Positions 62,601 through 64,000 of a DNA stretch of 64,000 nt are shown here, one piece after another. The translations under genes were made by a program, and so were the position numbers. Under the pieces are notes generated by a model. It was not told the origin of the DNA and did no database searches. It was given only the letters and a program-made list of their open reading frames with translations. Source of the DNA: Gnetum montanum (Eukaryota > Plantae > Gnetophyta); NCBI GenBank assembly GCA_015680685.1, contig MNCI01001177.1, forward strand, positions 147,412 through 211,411, read 5' to 3'. Positions within the stretch are counted from its first letter, which is position 1; each line of letters starts with the position of its first letter.

Positions 62601-64000
62601 ATTTTTTCTATATTTTTCATACTCTATTTTCATTTTCTATGTACATATTCTTTATTATTAATAAAACACAACAAGAAAAAGGCAAGATGTAGTCCAATAA
62701 ATTGAAGATTTCTCTATGTTATCAAGTCATAAGGGATTGATTATTTGTATGGTGAGATCACAAAATTCATCCATCCATTCCATTAATAAGAGGTTCTTAT
62801 CATGGCCATAATGATATTCTTTCCATCATAAAACTAGGAATAAACTTGTGATCATTATTCCTTGACCAAAAAGAAAAGAACCAAGTGGGACTATTTGGTG
62901 CATGACATCAAGGGGATTTGTTAATTCTCTTGGATTACTACCATGAGTTCTATCTTGTTGCTTAGGTTATATTATACCTCTGTAGATCTAACAAAAAATG
63001 GGAGTAAGAGTATAATAAGTGTTGCCTTACCATGTTACTAGAAAGACATGTTACCTATGCCTGAAGGTAGTCCTCTGGTAAGGTTGACACAGTTAAAAAA
63101 TAGAATAATTGCATATAATCAATTTCTGGGGGTCCCACTGGAAATACATGTTACCCATGCTTGAAGGTAGGTGGCCTCTCAGAAATGAAAAAAATAAAAA
63201 GTGCAGTGAATAAACTCCCTTGGACAATACGTCAAGTAGTAACACTCCTTGCAATAGTGGTAGTCCTATGGTTGTAACTCCAAGAGATGAAATAATGCGA
63301 TGTCGCTGGCATGTGGTTTGGACTTAATGTGAATCTTGGACAAAAAGGCTAATGATTACTTTAATCACTAATAAAACATAAGAATTCATTATGCCTATGG
63401 TAAGATACCTAACATCCCGATTTCTACAATCCCTTCTAACATTATCTTATCTCATTCTATGAATAATTATAACTTGTGGTTTTATGTAGCATAGTGAAAT
63501 TTTCCCAAAATGGTGGCACTAACATATGTGTTTTGCTAAATAGGTATGTGTTACATTTAACTCCTTGAATGACTAAGGACACTTTGAGACATGGTTATAC
63601 AAGGGCACTAAGGGTTGAAGCCTACTTTGGGGAGGACCCACTTGTATAACTGTTGTAGCTTACACTTGGCAAGAAATTCCACATCATCTTAAGCCTTTCG
63701 ACAATAATAAATGTTAATAAAGCTTTCCTTACCAATTCCATACACCTGTTCATATAACAAGAATTCATCACCCATCTCATCCATCTCATAAGCACTTACT
63801 ATACTTTCATAGCCTGAGATTCCTTCTTTATGCACTTTCTATGCCAAATTTTCAAAAAATATGCATCATTCCTAGCACAAGATCCTTTGAACATGTTTCA
63901 TATCTTCCAGATATTCTAATTGACTCATTCTTCTTCACAAAAGCTCAATGAAATGTTTGAAAATTTCACCTCCAATATTAGATCCCCTTCGATATCATAT

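Larger units (their letters stand above)
43775..64000 (+). mobile_element. Athila-like Ty3/gypsy element (5' LTR-gag-PR//RT-RH-INT), decayed, running off the window
   Basis: LTR 43775-44701 (TGATAA...CTCATCA); tRNA-Asp-type PBS; gag ~44850-46900; PR KALLDSRLGVNL near 47355; pol resumes at 59613 with VFMDDF near 60223, RH TNASNNALGVVL, and INT HEGPCGGH and DYCTKWVE. Confidence 0.88.

Overview
This is land-plant nuclear DNA from a draft assembly with several N gaps. The one host gene that can be reconstructed is a + strand ATX3/4/5-class (trithorax-like) histone H3K4 methyltransferase with PWWP, PHD, SAND-like, PHD/ePHD, SET and post-SET domains. Its CDS runs 9138-41442; 22 GT-AG exons join in phase to about 1054 aa, and one further exon (12946-13031) looks defective. 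Two ~11 kb introns are filled with nested non-LTR elements: L1-like LINEs, RTE and RTE-X-like relics, tRNA-derived SINE relics and a solo LTR. Upstream lie a decayed FCP1/NIF-phosphatase-like sequence, a young Athila-type solo LTR with a perfect TSD, and a Tat-lineage gypsy pol pseudogene. Downstream, an intronless CCR4-like pseudogene fragment is cut by a + strand Athila-like element. That element's pol is itself split by an 11.5 kb, pol-less, three-LTR tandem relative carrying an env-like ORF. All calls come from manual reading; no database searches were run.
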